From Candidatus Limnocylindrales bacterium (lineage in GTDB: Bacteria; Chloroflexota; Limnocylindria; Limnocylindrales; CSP1-4), in assembly GCA_049514315.1 (NCBI GenBank), contig JBEKVD010000005.1:2580-66579 (forward strand): a stretch of DNA of 64,000 nucleotides, read 5' to 3'. Made by a program: the position numbers and the translations under genes. Below are positions 51,528-64,000 of the stretch, one piece after another. How positions within the stretch are numbered: the first letter of the stretch is position 1; each line of letters starts with the position of its first letter. The notes beneath the pieces are model-generated. The model was not told the DNA's origin and did not search any database. It worked only from the letters and a program-made list of their open reading frames with translations.

Positions 51528-52493
51528 TCATGCGGCAAGGAGCAGCCTGGCGGCTTCCTCGTCCGTGATCAACCGGTGGATGAGCCCGCTCCGTAGGACG
51601 GCCAGGATCGCGGGCGCCTTCGCGGCACCGCCGGCGATCGCCACCACGTCCGGGACGGCCCGGAGCTGCTCCGGGCTGATGGCAATCAGTCGGCTCGGCA
51701 ATCCGACCGCACCCAGCTCGCGGCCGGCCGCGTCGAGAATCGCCGAGCAGACGTCGGCCACGGCACCGGCCGCGTCCAGATCTGCCGCCAGATCCTCGGG
51801 TAGCGCCGCCCGAACGGTCGATCCACTGGCCGTCCACGCGCCGATGCCGACGACGGCCCTGGTGATCCGATCGAACATGTCGATGGTCTTGCGCACATGC
51901 GGGTCGCGCCGCAGTGCGGCGGCCATCTCGGGACTGTCGACGAGCATTGGCACCGGCAGTGGGTACACGGGGCCGCCGGTGCACTCGGCGACCCGCCGCA
52001 CGAGCTCCATCGAGTTCACGTCGAGTTCCAGGGTCGGGACGCTGCCGACCAGCTGGACAACCGTGCAGCCGGGCAAACGAGAAAGGTGCCCGACCATCGA
52101 GTGGAGAGTCCGGCCCCACGAGATCCCGAGAACGTCGTGCGCCTCGAGCGTCTGCGTCAGCAGCTCGGCGCACGCCCGGCCGAGCTGCCCTCGCTTGAAC
52201 TCATCGGATCCGTCGATCAGCCGGACGACCAACGTGCTCCTCAAGCCGTAGCGCGCCGCCAGCTCGCCCGAGAGTTCCATGTCGATCTCCGAGGGCGCCC
52301 CGATCTCGATCCGAACGATGCCATCTCGGAGCGCGGCGTCGAGGAGGCGGGCGACCTTGAACCGCGATATCCCGAGTTCCCGGGCGATCTCGCTCTTGCT
52401 GGCGCCGTCCAGGAAGTACCGCCGTGCGGCGAGCACCGCGTTGACCACGTGGAGGCGCGTACCACGTCCCTCTGATGGGTCCACCGGGTGCAT
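51528..52493 (-). CDS. SorC/DeoR-family sugar-binding transcriptional regulator
   Basis: N-terminal HTH SKSEIARELGISRFKVARLLDAALRDGIVRIEI followed by a ~250-aa SorC-type effector domain (ISWGRTL...). Confidence 0.85.
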   Translation of the reverse strand: MHPVDPSEGRGTRLHVVNAVLAARRYFLDGASKSEIARELGISRFKVARLLDAALRDGIVRIEIGAPSEIDMELSGELAARYGLRSTLVVRLIDGSDEFKRGQLGRACAELLTQTLEAHDVLGISWGRTLHSMVGHLSRLPGCTVVQLVGSVPTLELDVNSMELVRRVAECTGGPVYPLPVPMLVDSPEMAAALRRDPHVRKTIDMFDRITRAVVGIGAWTASGSTVRAALPEDLAADLDAAGAVADVCSAILDAAGRELGAVGLPSRLIAISPEQLRAVPDVVAIAGGAAKAPAILAVLRSGLIHRLITDEEAARLLLAA

Positions 52494-52581
52494 GTGGTCC
52501 TCGTCTGTACCCGCCCGGCGCCCAGGGGTTCGAAAGGCCGTCTCGGCGAGCGGGGCGCGGACATGCTAGCACCCTCACATC

Positions 52582-52607
52582 TGAGCGGCAAGCGCTCATA
52601 TGAGCGC
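52582..52607. promoter_or_regulatory. Palindromic operator candidate in the sorC divergent region
   Basis: Perfect 16-bp palindrome GCGCTCATATGAGCGC (52592-52607), preceded by an extra half-site TGAGCG (52582-52587). It lies ~100 nt upstream of the sorC-type regulator start. Confidence 0.5.
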
Positions 52608-52722
52608 CCCCTCGCGACGACGGCCGTGGCTGGGATCGGCGGCCATCGATGTCAGCGTCGAGGGTCGGGTCGTTCCGGGAAAGACCGCGGCGAAGGTTAC
52701 CGCGCCCCTGGCGTCCTCCGGC

Positions 52723-52751
52723 TTGATAGCCGGCGCACAGGCACGTAATAT
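52723..52751 (+). promoter_or_regulatory. Sigma70/SigA-type promoter candidate for the 52871-58900 operon
   Basis: TTGATA (52723-52728), a 17-nt spacer, then TAATAT (52746-52751). Confidence 0.5.
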
Positions 52752-52760
52752 GTCATGGGC

Positions 52761-52798
52761 AACCAATCGGAAAGAGCCGAAACCAACCGAAAGAGCCG
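52761..52798 (+). promoter_or_regulatory. Imperfect tandem direct repeat in the leader of the 52871 operon
   Basis: AACCAATCGGAAAGAGCCG (52761-52779) and AACCAACCGAAAGAGCCG (52781-52798). The pair starts ~10 nt after the predicted -10. Confidence 0.45.
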
Positions 52799-52870
52799 GG
52801 TCCAGCCGCGTGCAAGCCGCTGCCCGCGCTTGAAGATGCGGCTCACGAGCCTGAGCCGGCAAGGGGAGAG

Positions 52871-54112
52871 ATGGACGACAGCCGCCGCCTCAGCGGCGAA
52901 GCGAAAGCGGGATCGCGCAGCCCGATCGTCAACACGCACGTCCACCTGCCGCCCAACTTCTCCGCGTTCGACACGGCCGAAGAGGCGGTCCGGGTTGCCG
53001 CAGCCGAGGGCGTCGCGGCAATGGGCATCTCGAACTACCACGACTTCGGTGTCTATCGTCGTTTCGCGGCAGCCGCCACGGACGCAGCCGTCGTGCCGCT
53101 CTTCGGCGTCGAGATCATCACGCTGATCGATGAGCTGCCGGGCGGCGGTACCCTCGTCAACGATCCTACGAATCTTAACCGGATGTACCTCTGCGGTAAG
53201 GGGCTCACCCAATTCGACCCGCCCTCGCCCCGCGCGGCGCGCCGGATGGCCACGATGCGGGCGGCCGGTGACGACCGAATGCGACAGATGACGGCGAGCG
53301 TCGGAGCGCGCTTTGGGCAGGCGGGGCTGGACGGCGGCGAGACCGCTGAGCAGATTGCGGCCTCGGTTGCCGGGCGATGCGGCGTCCCAATCGAATGGGT
53401 GTCGCTCCAGGAGCGACACGTCGCTCAGGCGTTCCAGGAGCTGCTCTTCCGCGACGTCGAGCCGGACGGGCGAGCGGCCCTGCTGGGCCGGGCGTTCGAT
53501 GGGCCGGCGGGCGTAGAGACGACCGATGCCGCTGCGGTCCAGGAGGCGATCCGCTCGAACCTGATGAAGGCCGGCAGGCCGGCATTCATTTCCGAGGCGG
53601 CCATATCATTCGACGACGCATACCGGCTCATCCTCGAACTCGGAGGTATCCCCTGTTACCCGATCCTGGCCGATGGCGCGTCGCCGATGTGCGCCTTCGA
53701 GGATCCGCCCGGGGCGCTCGTGGAGCGGCTCCTGGGTCGCGGCATCTACTGCGCCGAGCTGATCCCCGGGCGTAACCGTCGCGACGTCGTTGATCGCTAT
53801 GTGGTCGAACTCCGTCGGGTCGGTATCGTGGTCATGGCGGGCACGGAACACAACACCAGGCGCATGATCCCGCTCGAGCCGATGGCCCTCGGCGGCGAAC
53901 CTCTGTCAGACTCCTCGCGCGAGGCGTTCTGGGAGGGCGCCTGCGTCGTGGCCGCACATCAGGAGCTGCGTGCGTCCGGCCCGACGGGCTACGTCGATGC
54001 CGACGGCCGGCCGGCCGGCGGGTTCCCCGACAGCGAAACGCGTATCCGGGCGTTCCGCCGCATTGGCGACGAGATCATCACCAGCCGATCTGCTGCGAGG
54101 GTCCTAGCTTGA
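52871..54112 (+). CDS. PHP-like / amidohydrolase-like metal-dependent hydrolase (tentative), otherwise hypothetical
   Basis: N-terminal IVNTHVHLPPNFSAF and C-terminal VVMAGTEHN resemble metal-ligand motifs of PHP-fold proteins. The central ~200 aa are unrecognised. Confidence 0.5.
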   Translation: MDDSRRLSGEAKAGSRSPIVNTHVHLPPNFSAFDTAEEAVRVAAAEGVAAMGISNYHDFGVYRRFAAAATDAAVVPLFGVEIITLIDELPGGGTLVNDPTNLNRMYLCGKGLTQFDPPSPRAARRMATMRAAGDDRMRQMTASVGARFGQAGLDGGETAEQIAASVAGRCGVPIEWVSLQERHVAQAFQELLFRDVEPDGRAALLGRAFDGPAGVETTDAAAVQEAIRSNLMKAGRPAFISEAAISFDDAYRLILELGGIPCYPILADGASPMCAFEDPPGALVERLLGRGIYCAELIPGRNRRDVVDRYVVELRRVGIVVMAGTEHNTRRMIPLEPMALGGEPLSDSSREAFWEGACVVAAHQELRASGPTGYVDADGRPAGGFPDSETRIRAFRRIGDEIITSRSAARVLA

Positions 54113-56160
54113 ACATCCAGTCGGCCCGGGAGGGGCAGTCCGCCCTCAACGGTCTTCTGCACGACCTGGTCTTGCTCGCGCACAGGTTCGGGACCGACCC
54201 GGAGTACGCGCGCGGCGGTGGCGGCAACATCTCGGTCAAGGTCGACGGGATCCTGTACATCAAGCCTAGCGGAACCTCTCTGGCGTCGCTCAGTTCCGAG
54301 TCGGTCATCGCACTCGACCTCGGGCCACTGCTGGAGCTCCTCGAGGGGTCGCCGGAGCGCCCGATTGCACGCGCCGGCACGGACGAGGTCATGCAGGTCG
54401 CAGTCTCGGCTCGCGTCGGCACGCCCGACGACAGGCGCCCTTCGGTCGAGCTCCTGTTCCACGCCCTCCTGCCGGAGCGATTCGTGCTCCACACCCACCC
54501 CACGACGGTGAATGCGCTCACCTGCGCCAGCCACGGCGCGGAGATCGCCGAGCGCCTCTTTGGCGCGAGCGTTCTGTGGGTGCCGTACACGGACCCGGGG
54601 CTGCCCCTGGCGCGTGCCATCCGCGATGCGAGGATCAGCTACGAGGAGCGCACCGGAACGCCGGCTCCCCGCGTGATCCTTCTCCAGAACCACGGCCTCA
54701 TAGTGACCGGCGATTCCCCGGCCGACATCGAATCATCCTCGGCGCGGCTGGTCGAAGCGATCACGGCGCACCTGGCGAATCTACCGGCCGTCTCGTGGGG
54801 CGAAGTCGATCGGCTTGCGCCCGAGCAGGCCCGCGCCGCGTTGCACGCCGTCGGTCCGGCGCTCCGCGCGCTCCTCGCCCGGGGCGAGCGACTCAAGGTC
54901 GTGACTTTCGACGACTCGCCCCTCGCCGTGTCCATGGCGGGCTCGGACCTGGGGCGGGAATTCGCGCTGGGCGGCCCGCTCACCCCCGACCAGATCGTGT
55001 ACGCGGGCTCGTTTCCCCTCGTCGTGGACTCTCCCGGGGATGCGGCCCCGGACCAGATCGTCGACGGCTTGACGAGCGCGATCGCCGCACGGGGGGCATC
55101 GGAGGCCGGGGCACCGGTCGTGGTCGTCGTTCCGGGCCTGGGGATCTTCGCGGGGGGCGATACCTATGCCCAGGCGGACACGGTGCGAGAGGTCTACCTC
55201 GACGCAGCCCGTGTGTCCGTAGAGGCTCACAGGCTGGGAGGCGTCCGCCCCCTGGCGGCGTCGGAGCGAGATTTCATCGAGCGCTGGGAGGCCGAGGCGT
55301 ACCGCCGTCGGGTCAGTGCCGGAGCCACGGTCGCGGGTCGGGCGCGCGGTCTTGTCGTCGTCGTGACCGGCGCTGCCCAGGGCTTCGGGCGCGCGATCGC
55401 GGCCGACCTCGTAGCCCAGGGCGGCCACGTCGTTCTGGCCGACATCAATGCCGAGCAGGCCGGACTCGAGGCCCGGGCCCTGGCTTCCGAGTTCGGCCCA
55501 GGGCGGGCCGTCGGTGTCGCGCTCGATGTCACCGACGATGCATCGGTGGAGGTCTGCTTCGAGGAGGTCGTGCGCCGCTATGGCGGGCTGGATCTGCTCG
55601 TGTCGAACGCCGGCATCCTCCGGGCCGGCAGCATCGCGACTCAGGGCATCGGCGATTTTGACGCCGTGACGCGCGTGAACTACCGGGGCTACTTCCTCTG
55701 CGTCCGGCACGCCGCGCCCATCCTGGCCCGCCAGCATCGGGTACGGGCCGATCACTGGGGCGACATCGTTGAGATCAACTCGAAGTCCGGCCTCGTCGGC
55801 TCGAGCCGGAACTTCGCCTATTCGGGCAGCAAGTTCGGCGGCGTCGGCCTCACGCAGTCCTTCGCCCTCGAACTCGTCGACGACGGCATCAAGGTGAACG
55901 CCATCTGCCCGGGCAACTTCCTCGACGGGCCGCTCTGGTCGGATCCCGACAACGGCCTCTTCGTCCAGTACCTCCGCGAGGGCAAGGTAGCGGGTGCACG
56001 GACAATCGATGACGTGCGCCGATTCTACGAGGCGAAGGTGCCGATGGGGCGTGGCTGCACGCCGGCCGACGTCCTCGAGGCCCTCTACTACGTCGTCGCG
56101 CAGCGGTACGAGACCGGCCAGGCCATCGCGGTCACCGGCGGCCAGGTGATGCTGAAGTAG
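54109..56160 (+). CDS. Bifunctional class II aldolase/adducin-domain protein fused to a short-chain dehydrogenase (RhaEW-like)
   Basis: The N-terminal aldolase-like region has GGGGNISVK and FVLHTHP. The C-terminal SDR has VVVTGAAQGFGRAIA and catalytic YSGSK. The TTG start overlaps the upstream stop (TTGA). Confidence 0.8.
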   Translation: MNIQSAREGQSALNGLLHDLVLLAHRFGTDPEYARGGGGNISVKVDGILYIKPSGTSLASLSSESVIALDLGPLLELLEGSPERPIARAGTDEVMQVAVSARVGTPDDRRPSVELLFHALLPERFVLHTHPTTVNALTCASHGAEIAERLFGASVLWVPYTDPGLPLARAIRDARISYEERTGTPAPRVILLQNHGLIVTGDSPADIESSSARLVEAITAHLANLPAVSWGEVDRLAPEQARAALHAVGPALRALLARGERLKVVTFDDSPLAVSMAGSDLGREFALGGPLTPDQIVYAGSFPLVVDSPGDAAPDQIVDGLTSAIAARGASEAGAPVVVVVPGLGIFAGGDTYAQADTVREVYLDAARVSVEAHRLGGVRPLAASERDFIERWEAEAYRRRVSAGATVAGRARGLVVVVTGAAQGFGRAIAADLVAQGGHVVLADINAEQAGLEARALASEFGPGRAVGVALDVTDDASVEVCFEEVVRRYGGLDLLVSNAGILRAGSIATQGIGDFDAVTRVNYRGYFLCVRHAAPILARQHRVRADHWGDIVEINSKSGLVGSSRNFAYSGSKFGGVGLTQSFALELVDDGIKVNAICPGNFLDGPLWSDPDNGLFVQYLREGKVAGARTIDDVRRFYEAKVPMGRGCTPADVLEALYYVVAQRYETGQAIAVTGGQVMLK

Positions 56161-56174
56161 CCAGGAGCCGAGGC

Positions 56175-57886
56175 TTGAGCGAACCGGAGCCGGACGAGCG
56201 GCCCATTCCAGCCACTCAGCACGCGATCCAGATCGTGGAAGCGGGCCGGATACGGCACAACCGCGGGAAGGCCGTGTCGATGCCGGGACCGCACCAGGTC
56301 CTCGTGCGCATGGAGGCGTGCGGGATCTGCTTCTCCGACACGAAGCTCCTGCATGCGTTCACGAGCCATCCCCGCAAGAGCGTGGTCTTCTCGGGGCTCG
56401 ACGCGAGCGTGCTGGCCGAGATCCCCTCGTACGTCCCGGAGCGATTGCCGACGGTCCCGGGGCACGAGCCCGTCGGTCGCATCGTCGCGGTGGGCGACCA
56501 GGTGCGCCGCCATCGCGTCGGCGAGCGCTGCCTGATCCAGACCGACTACCGCCACCTCCCGACGTCGGCGGCGAACGCCGCCTTCGGTTACAACTTCGAG
56601 GGCGGGCTCCAGGAGTACGTGCTGCTCGACGAACGGGTCATCATCGAGCCCGGAACCGAGGAACGCTTCCTGATCCCTGTCGGCGAGGGCCCGAGCGCAT
56701 CGGCGGTCGCGCTGGTCGAGCCGTGGGCCTGCGTCGAGGCGTCCTACGTGTATCGCGAGCGTCGCGGTCTGCTCGCCGGAGGTCGGCTGCTCATCGTCGG
56801 GGACGCGGGTTGCCCGATCGATACCATCACAGCCCTGGTCGAGCAAGCCCGGCCGGTGCAGCTGACCGCCCTCCTGGCCGACGCCGATCAGCGGCAGGCG
56901 CTCGAGGCAGCGGGCTCGGCCGCGACCGGCGCCTCCGATCTCGCCGCCATTCCCCGGGCGGCCTTCGACGACATCGTGTACTTCGGGCACGATGCCGGTA
57001 GCATCGAGGCGCTGCAGGACTGCCTGGCATTTGGAGGCCTGATCAACGTCGTCGCAGGCGGCGCTTCGATTGGTCGCCCCGTGGCGCTGGACATCGGCCG
57101 TGTTCACTACGACCTCACCCGCTGGACGGGTACGGCGAGCTCATCCGCGACCGAAGGCTACGCGGCAATCCCGGGGGACGGCGAGGTTCGGCCCGGAGAT
57201 CGCCTTGCCGTCATCGGGGCCGCCGGCCCGATGGGCTTGATGCACGTCGTCCGGGCCGCGTCGGCGGGCCGGAATGGACTGTCGATCACGGCGGTCGACG
57301 TTGACGAAGCTCGCCTCGAGCATCTCGCGCAGGCGGCCGGGCCGATCGCTCGATCGCGTGGAGTCGAGCTCACGGTGATCAACTCGCGTGTCACGGAGGT
57401 CGCGCCGGGCTTCGGCTACATCGCGTTGATGGTGCCGGCTCCGGCGCTGGTCGGTCAAACGATTGCGCTCGCCGGTTCGGGCTGCCGCATCAACATCTTC
57501 GCCGGTTTCGCCAGCGGCACTCGGGCCGCCGTGGATCTCGACCGCTACATCGCGCAGCACTGCTATTTCCTGGGCACCAGCGGTTCCGGGATCTTAGACA
57601 TGAAGGCAGTGCTCGAGAAGCTCGAGCGCGGTGAGCTCGACACCAACATCTCCCTCGACGCAGTGGCCGGCCTGGAGGGAGTCGCCGACGCCCTCGCGGC
57701 CGTCGAGGGTCGCACCGCGGTGGGCAAGATCATGGTCTACCCATCTCTGCCCGACATGGGACTGGTGCGTCTTTCCGAGCTGGGCGATCGATTCCCAAGC
57801 GTCGCGGCCGCATTTCAGGACGGTCGCTGGACGAAGGCGGCCGAGCAGGAGCTGCTGCGGGTGGCGGGCCGGCCCGAGGCGGGTAC

Positions 57887-57890
<4 letters not shown>
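56175..57890 (+). CDS. Atypical 571-aa medium-chain (Zn) dehydrogenase with duplicated nucleotide-binding region
   Basis: Catalytic-domain motifs EACGICFSDTK and GHEPVG. A first Rossmann-like segment lacks GxGxxG (LLIVGDAGCPID), and a second has it (LAVIGAAGPMGLMH). TTG start 7 nt after AGGAG. Confidence 0.7.
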
Positions 57891-60815
<2,925 letters not shown>

Positions 60816-61079
60816 TCGAGGCCCGTGCCCGCCGGCCCCCGCACGTCCCGGGCGCCGGTCGATGCCGATGTACGATCCACTAAGAGTCCAGGCTCGAGCG
60901 CTGGCTCGACCAGGGGGCCCGTCCCAACCGCGCCGGGAGCTGCCCGATGCAAACCTCTTTCGACTTCGCCGAGATCCGAGGAATCATCGCCGCAGTGCGA
61001 CGGCGCGTCGCAGCGCGCCGGTCTCGTGCCCGCCAAGGGGCTTAAGCCCGACCGTGGCACGGCCGCGGTAGACCCTGGC

Positions 61080-62039
61080 ATGGCCGCGGTAAACGACTCC
61101 CCACCGCAAGGCGCTCGGGGGGACCCGGACGCGAGGAAGCCCGCCGGATCGCATGCCGGTGTTGCCCTCGACTCGGTGCCGCCCGAACTGCTCATCCTGG
61201 TGGGGGCCCTGTCGGTGCAATGCGGTGCCGGCCTTGCCACGACCCTCTTGCGGGAATACGGCCCGTTGCCCGTCGCGATGCTTCGGATCGTCTTCGGGGC
61301 GCTGCTGCTCCTCGCCTTCCAGCCCGTCCGGCTGCGCGGCGCCGAGCGCGCGGCGGTGATCAGCTGCGTGGCACTCGGCCTGGTTCTGGCAGCCATGAAC
61401 ACGCTCTTCTACGTGGCCCTGTCGCGGATCCCACTCGGCGTGGCCGTCACGATCGAGTTCTCGGGGCCGCTGGCGGTCGCGGTCCTGGGGTCGCGCCGCT
61501 TGCTCGATCTGGCCTGGGTGGTTCTCGCGGCAGCCGGCATTTACATCCTGGCTGGAGGGCGCCTGGTCGCCGACGATGCCGTCGGGATAGCCGCCGTCTC
61601 CGGAGCTGCCGTCTGCTGGGCGCTGTACATCGTGACCGGGCGGCGGGTGGCTCGGCACTGGCCCGACGGCCGTGGCCTGACCCTGGCGATGGTCGTGGCA
61701 TCGGCAGCGGTCGTGCCGGTTGCGCTGGGGCTGTCGGACGTGAAGCCGCTGCTTGCCGCGCCACTCGCCGTCGCCGGGGGCCTCGTGGTCGCTCTCTTCA
61801 GCAGCGCCATTCCCTACACCGCTGAGATTGCCGCGTTGAGACGCCTGCCCGCGGCCACCTTCGGCGTGCTGATGAGCCTCGAGCCGGCGATCGCGGCCGT
61901 GGTCGGCTTCCTCCTCCTGGGCCAGGTGCTGCGCCTCTCCGATCTGGCGGCGATCGCGTGCGTGGCCCTGGCCAGCGCCGGAGCGAGCCTGTCCGCCCGG
62001 CGTCCGTCGGTAACGGCCGGTGAGCTCGAAGCGGCCTGA
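61080..62039 (+). CDS. EamA/DMT-family transporter (RhtA-like exporter)
   Basis: Ten hydrophobic helices in two EamA repeats (LVGALSVQCGAGLA..., TIEFSGPLAVAVLG, IPYTAEIAALRRLPA). The start is uncertain and the frame stays open upstream to 60825. Confidence 0.75.
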   Translation: MAAVNDSPPQGARGDPDARKPAGSHAGVALDSVPPELLILVGALSVQCGAGLATTLLREYGPLPVAMLRIVFGALLLLAFQPVRLRGAERAAVISCVALGLVLAAMNTLFYVALSRIPLGVAVTIEFSGPLAVAVLGSRRLLDLAWVVLAAAGIYILAGGRLVADDAVGIAAVSGAAVCWALYIVTGRRVARHWPDGRGLTLAMVVASAAVVPVALGLSDVKPLLAAPLAVAGGLVVALFSSAIPYTAEIAALRRLPAATFGVLMSLEPAIAAVVGFLLLGQVLRLSDLAAIACVALASAGASLSARRPSVTAGELEAA

Positions 62040-62129
62040 CGGGCGCAGGGCTCGTTCGCGAGGTCTTCGGCGGATGAGAAGCCGGATCGCGATTCGAGAC
62101 GTCTCGCCGAACCTGTCGCCCCTACCGGA

Positions 62130-62158
62130 TTGACGTCCCTCGCCGGGCCGGGTATTCT
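62130..62158 (+). promoter_or_regulatory. Promoter candidate for rho
   Basis: TTGACG (62130-62135), a 17-nt spacer, then TATTCT (62153-62158). This leaves a C-rich leader of ~90 nt before the rho ATG. Confidence 0.45.
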
Positions 62159-62246
62159 CCGCCTCGCCCCGACCGTGCATACACGCTGCGCACTGATTCC
62201 GCGCGAACAGCCCGCACGGCACCTTCCCGACAAGAGTTCTGCCCCC

Positions 62247-63611
62247 ATGCCCCCCAACGGTCCCGACCAGCATTCACGCAATCGCCGCCCTCGCCGACGC
62301 CCAGCCGGCCGTGCGCCGGTGGCCGAGTACGACGATTTCCAGGATGGCGACGGCCGGGACCTCGACATCACCGACCTCAGCGGGATGACCGTCAACGAGC
62401 TTCAGACCGTCGGTCGCGACCTCGAGATGGAAGCTGGAACCGCCGGTAAGGAAGAGCTCGTCGATCGAATCCTGGCTCGCCAGAGTGAGCTCGCCGGTCA
62501 TGCCTACGCCACCGGCATCCTCGATATCGTGGAGGACGGTTTCGGGTTCATGCGTCGCCACGGCCTTATGCCGACGCCCGACGACGTCTACGTCTCGTCC
62601 AGCCAGGTGCGTCGCTTCGGCCTCAGGATCGGCGATCGGATCAGCGGCTCGGTCCGGGCCCCGCGGGAAGGGGAGAAGTACTGGGGCATGATCCGGGTGG
62701 ATCGCGCCAACGGCATCGACCCGGAGACGGCCCGCCGCCGCCCCAAGTTCGAGGACCTGACGCCGGTCCACCCCGACGTTCTGATCAACCTCGAGACCGA
62801 CCCCAAGAATCTCAGCCAGCGGCTGATCAATCTCGTCAACCCTATCGGCAAGGGCCAGCGCGCTCTCATCGTGAGCCCGCCCAAGGCCGGCAAGACGTTT
62901 CTGCTCAAACACATCGCCAACGGCATCAGCACCAACTACCCCGAGATCCTGCTGATGGTTGCGCTCATCGGCGAGCGGCCCGAGGAAGTCACGGACATGC
63001 GCCGCTCGGTCAAAGGCGAGGTCATCAGCTCCACCTTCGACGAGCCGACCGAGAACCACACCCATGTCGCCGAGATGGCGCTCGAGATCGCCAAGCGCCA
63101 GGTCGAGACCGGCCGCGATGTCGTGATCCTGCTCGACTCGATCACCCGCCTGGCGCGGGCATACAACCTGGCCCTGCCGCCGTCGGGCCGGACCCTCTCC
63201 GGCGGCCTGGACCCGATCGCGCTCTATCCGCCGAAGCGCTTCTTCGGCGCGGCCCGAAACATCGAGGAGGGCGGCTCGCTGACGATCATCGGCACCTGCC
63301 TGGTCGACACCGGGTCCCGGATGGACGATGTCATCTACGAGGAGTTCAAGGGCACCGGCAACAGCGAGCTCATCCTCGACCGCAAGCTGGCGGAGAAGCG
63401 CGTCTTCCCGGCGATCGACGTACAGCGCTCGGGTACCAGGCGCGAGGAGCTTCTCCTCGAGGAGCCGGTCCTCAAGATGGTCTGGACGATGCGCCGGATG
63501 CTCTCCGCGGTCGGCACCAACGAAGGCATCGAGCTGCTGCTCAACCGCCTCTCCAAGACGGACAGCAACGTCCAGTTCCTGGCCACCCTGACCAAGAGCC
63601 TCGACCAGTAG
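62247..63611 (+). CDS. rho: Transcription termination factor Rho
   Basis: Rho N-terminal and CSD-like region ([30 protein letters not shown]), Walker [16 protein letters not shown], and [22 protein letters not shown] short Arg-rich N-terminal tail. Start at the ATG at 62247. Confidence 0.93.
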   Translation: MPPNGPDQHSRNRRPRRRPAGRAPVAEYDDFQDGDGRDLDITDLSGMTVNELQTVGRDLEMEAGTAGKEELVDRILARQSELAGHAYATGILDIVEDGFGFMRRHGLMPTPDDVYVSSSQVRRFGLRIGDRISGSVRAPREGEKYWGMIRVDRANGIDPETARRRPKFEDLTPVHPDVLINLETDPKNLSQRLINLVNPIGKGQRALIVSPPKAGKTFLLKHIANGISTNYPEILLMVALIGERPEEVTDMRRSVKGEVISSTFDEPTENHTHVAEMALEIAKRQVETGRDVVILLDSITRLARAYNLALPPSGRTLSGGLDPIALYPPKRFFGAARNIEEGGSLTIIGTCLVDTGSRMDDVIYEEFKGTGNSELILDRKLAEKRVFPAIDVQRSGTRREELLLEEPVLKMVWTMRRMLSAVGTNEGIELLLNRLSKTDSNVQFLATLTKSLDQ

Positions 63612-63712
63612 GGGAGCCGCCTGCAGCGGTGCAAGCGGGCCACAGCCCAACCGGGCCCGCCGCGGCCGTCTCCGGACTCGGCCGCCGGGCGGTCGCATGC
63701 GAGAATTGAGCC

Positions 63713-64000
63713 ATGTTCTTCGACCAGGTCCGCATCTTCGTGTGCGCCGGTGACGGCGGCGACGGCGCGGCAACGTTTCGGCGCGAGGCCCACGTGCCGC
63801 GCGGCGGCCCGGACGGCGGCGACGGAGGACGCGGCGGCTCCATCTATCTGGCCGTCGACCCCGGCGAGACGAGCCTGCGCGATTATCGCCACGCCCACCA
63901 CTTCAAAGGCGCTTCCGGCGGCAACGGCTCCGGGCAGCGCAAACACGGCCAGGCCGGCGACGATCTGACCCTCAAGGTGCCGCCCGGCACGGGCGTATTC
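63713..64000 (+). CDS. obg: GTPase Obg/CgtA, N-terminal fragment (runs off the window end)
   Basis: [46 protein letters not shown] is the Gly-rich Obg fold signature. Confidence 0.9.
   Translation, partial: MFFDQVRIFVCAGDGGDGAATFRREAHVPRGGPDGGDGGRGGSIYLAVDPGETSLRDYRHAHHFKGASGGNGSGQRKHGQAGDDLTLKVPPGTGVF

Overview
The window is a very G+C-rich stretch of chromosome with strong GC3 bias. Gene content suggests an actinobacterial-type organism: UPF0182, OpcA next to Zwf, Ino1, and an actinobacterial-type Tal/Pgi. I can support about 51 protein-coding genes, nearly all housekeeping or core metabolism. They include mreB/radC, UPF0182, guaA, metH, citrate synthase, uppP, a tkt-rpiB-pgi-zwf-opcA-pgl pentose-phosphate operon, ino1, tal, pyrG, rho and obg. 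I found no rRNA, tRNA, CRISPR array, transposase, integrase or phage genes, so this looks like core genome rather than an island. Two regions are worth follow-up. (1) 29.1-34.8 kb holds a five-gene unit: a GAF histidine kinase, a NarL-type regulator, a 2x[4Fe-4S]/GltD-like flavoprotein, and two paralogous polytopic membrane proteins of unknown family. (2) 46.7-58.9 kb holds a divergon around a SorC-type regulator. One arm is sorC, a fused E1 alpha-beta 2-oxoacid/acetoin-type dehydrogenase, E2 and transaldolase. The other arm is four translationally coupled genes: a PHP-like hydrolase, an aldolase/SDR fusion, a double-Rossmann MDR dehydrogenase and a polyol-type MDR dehydrogenase. Non-coding observations include several sigma70-like promoters, two perfect 16-bp palindromic candidate operators (upstream of ino1, and in the sorC divergent region), a direct repeat pair in a leader, and strong hairpin terminators. 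There are also three tandem duplications: 53 bp x2 intergenic, 32 bp x2 spanning a stop codon, and a 36-bp coding repeat. All functional calls come from motifs read in the translated ORFs. No database search was run, and start codons are often uncertain in this GC-rich DNA.
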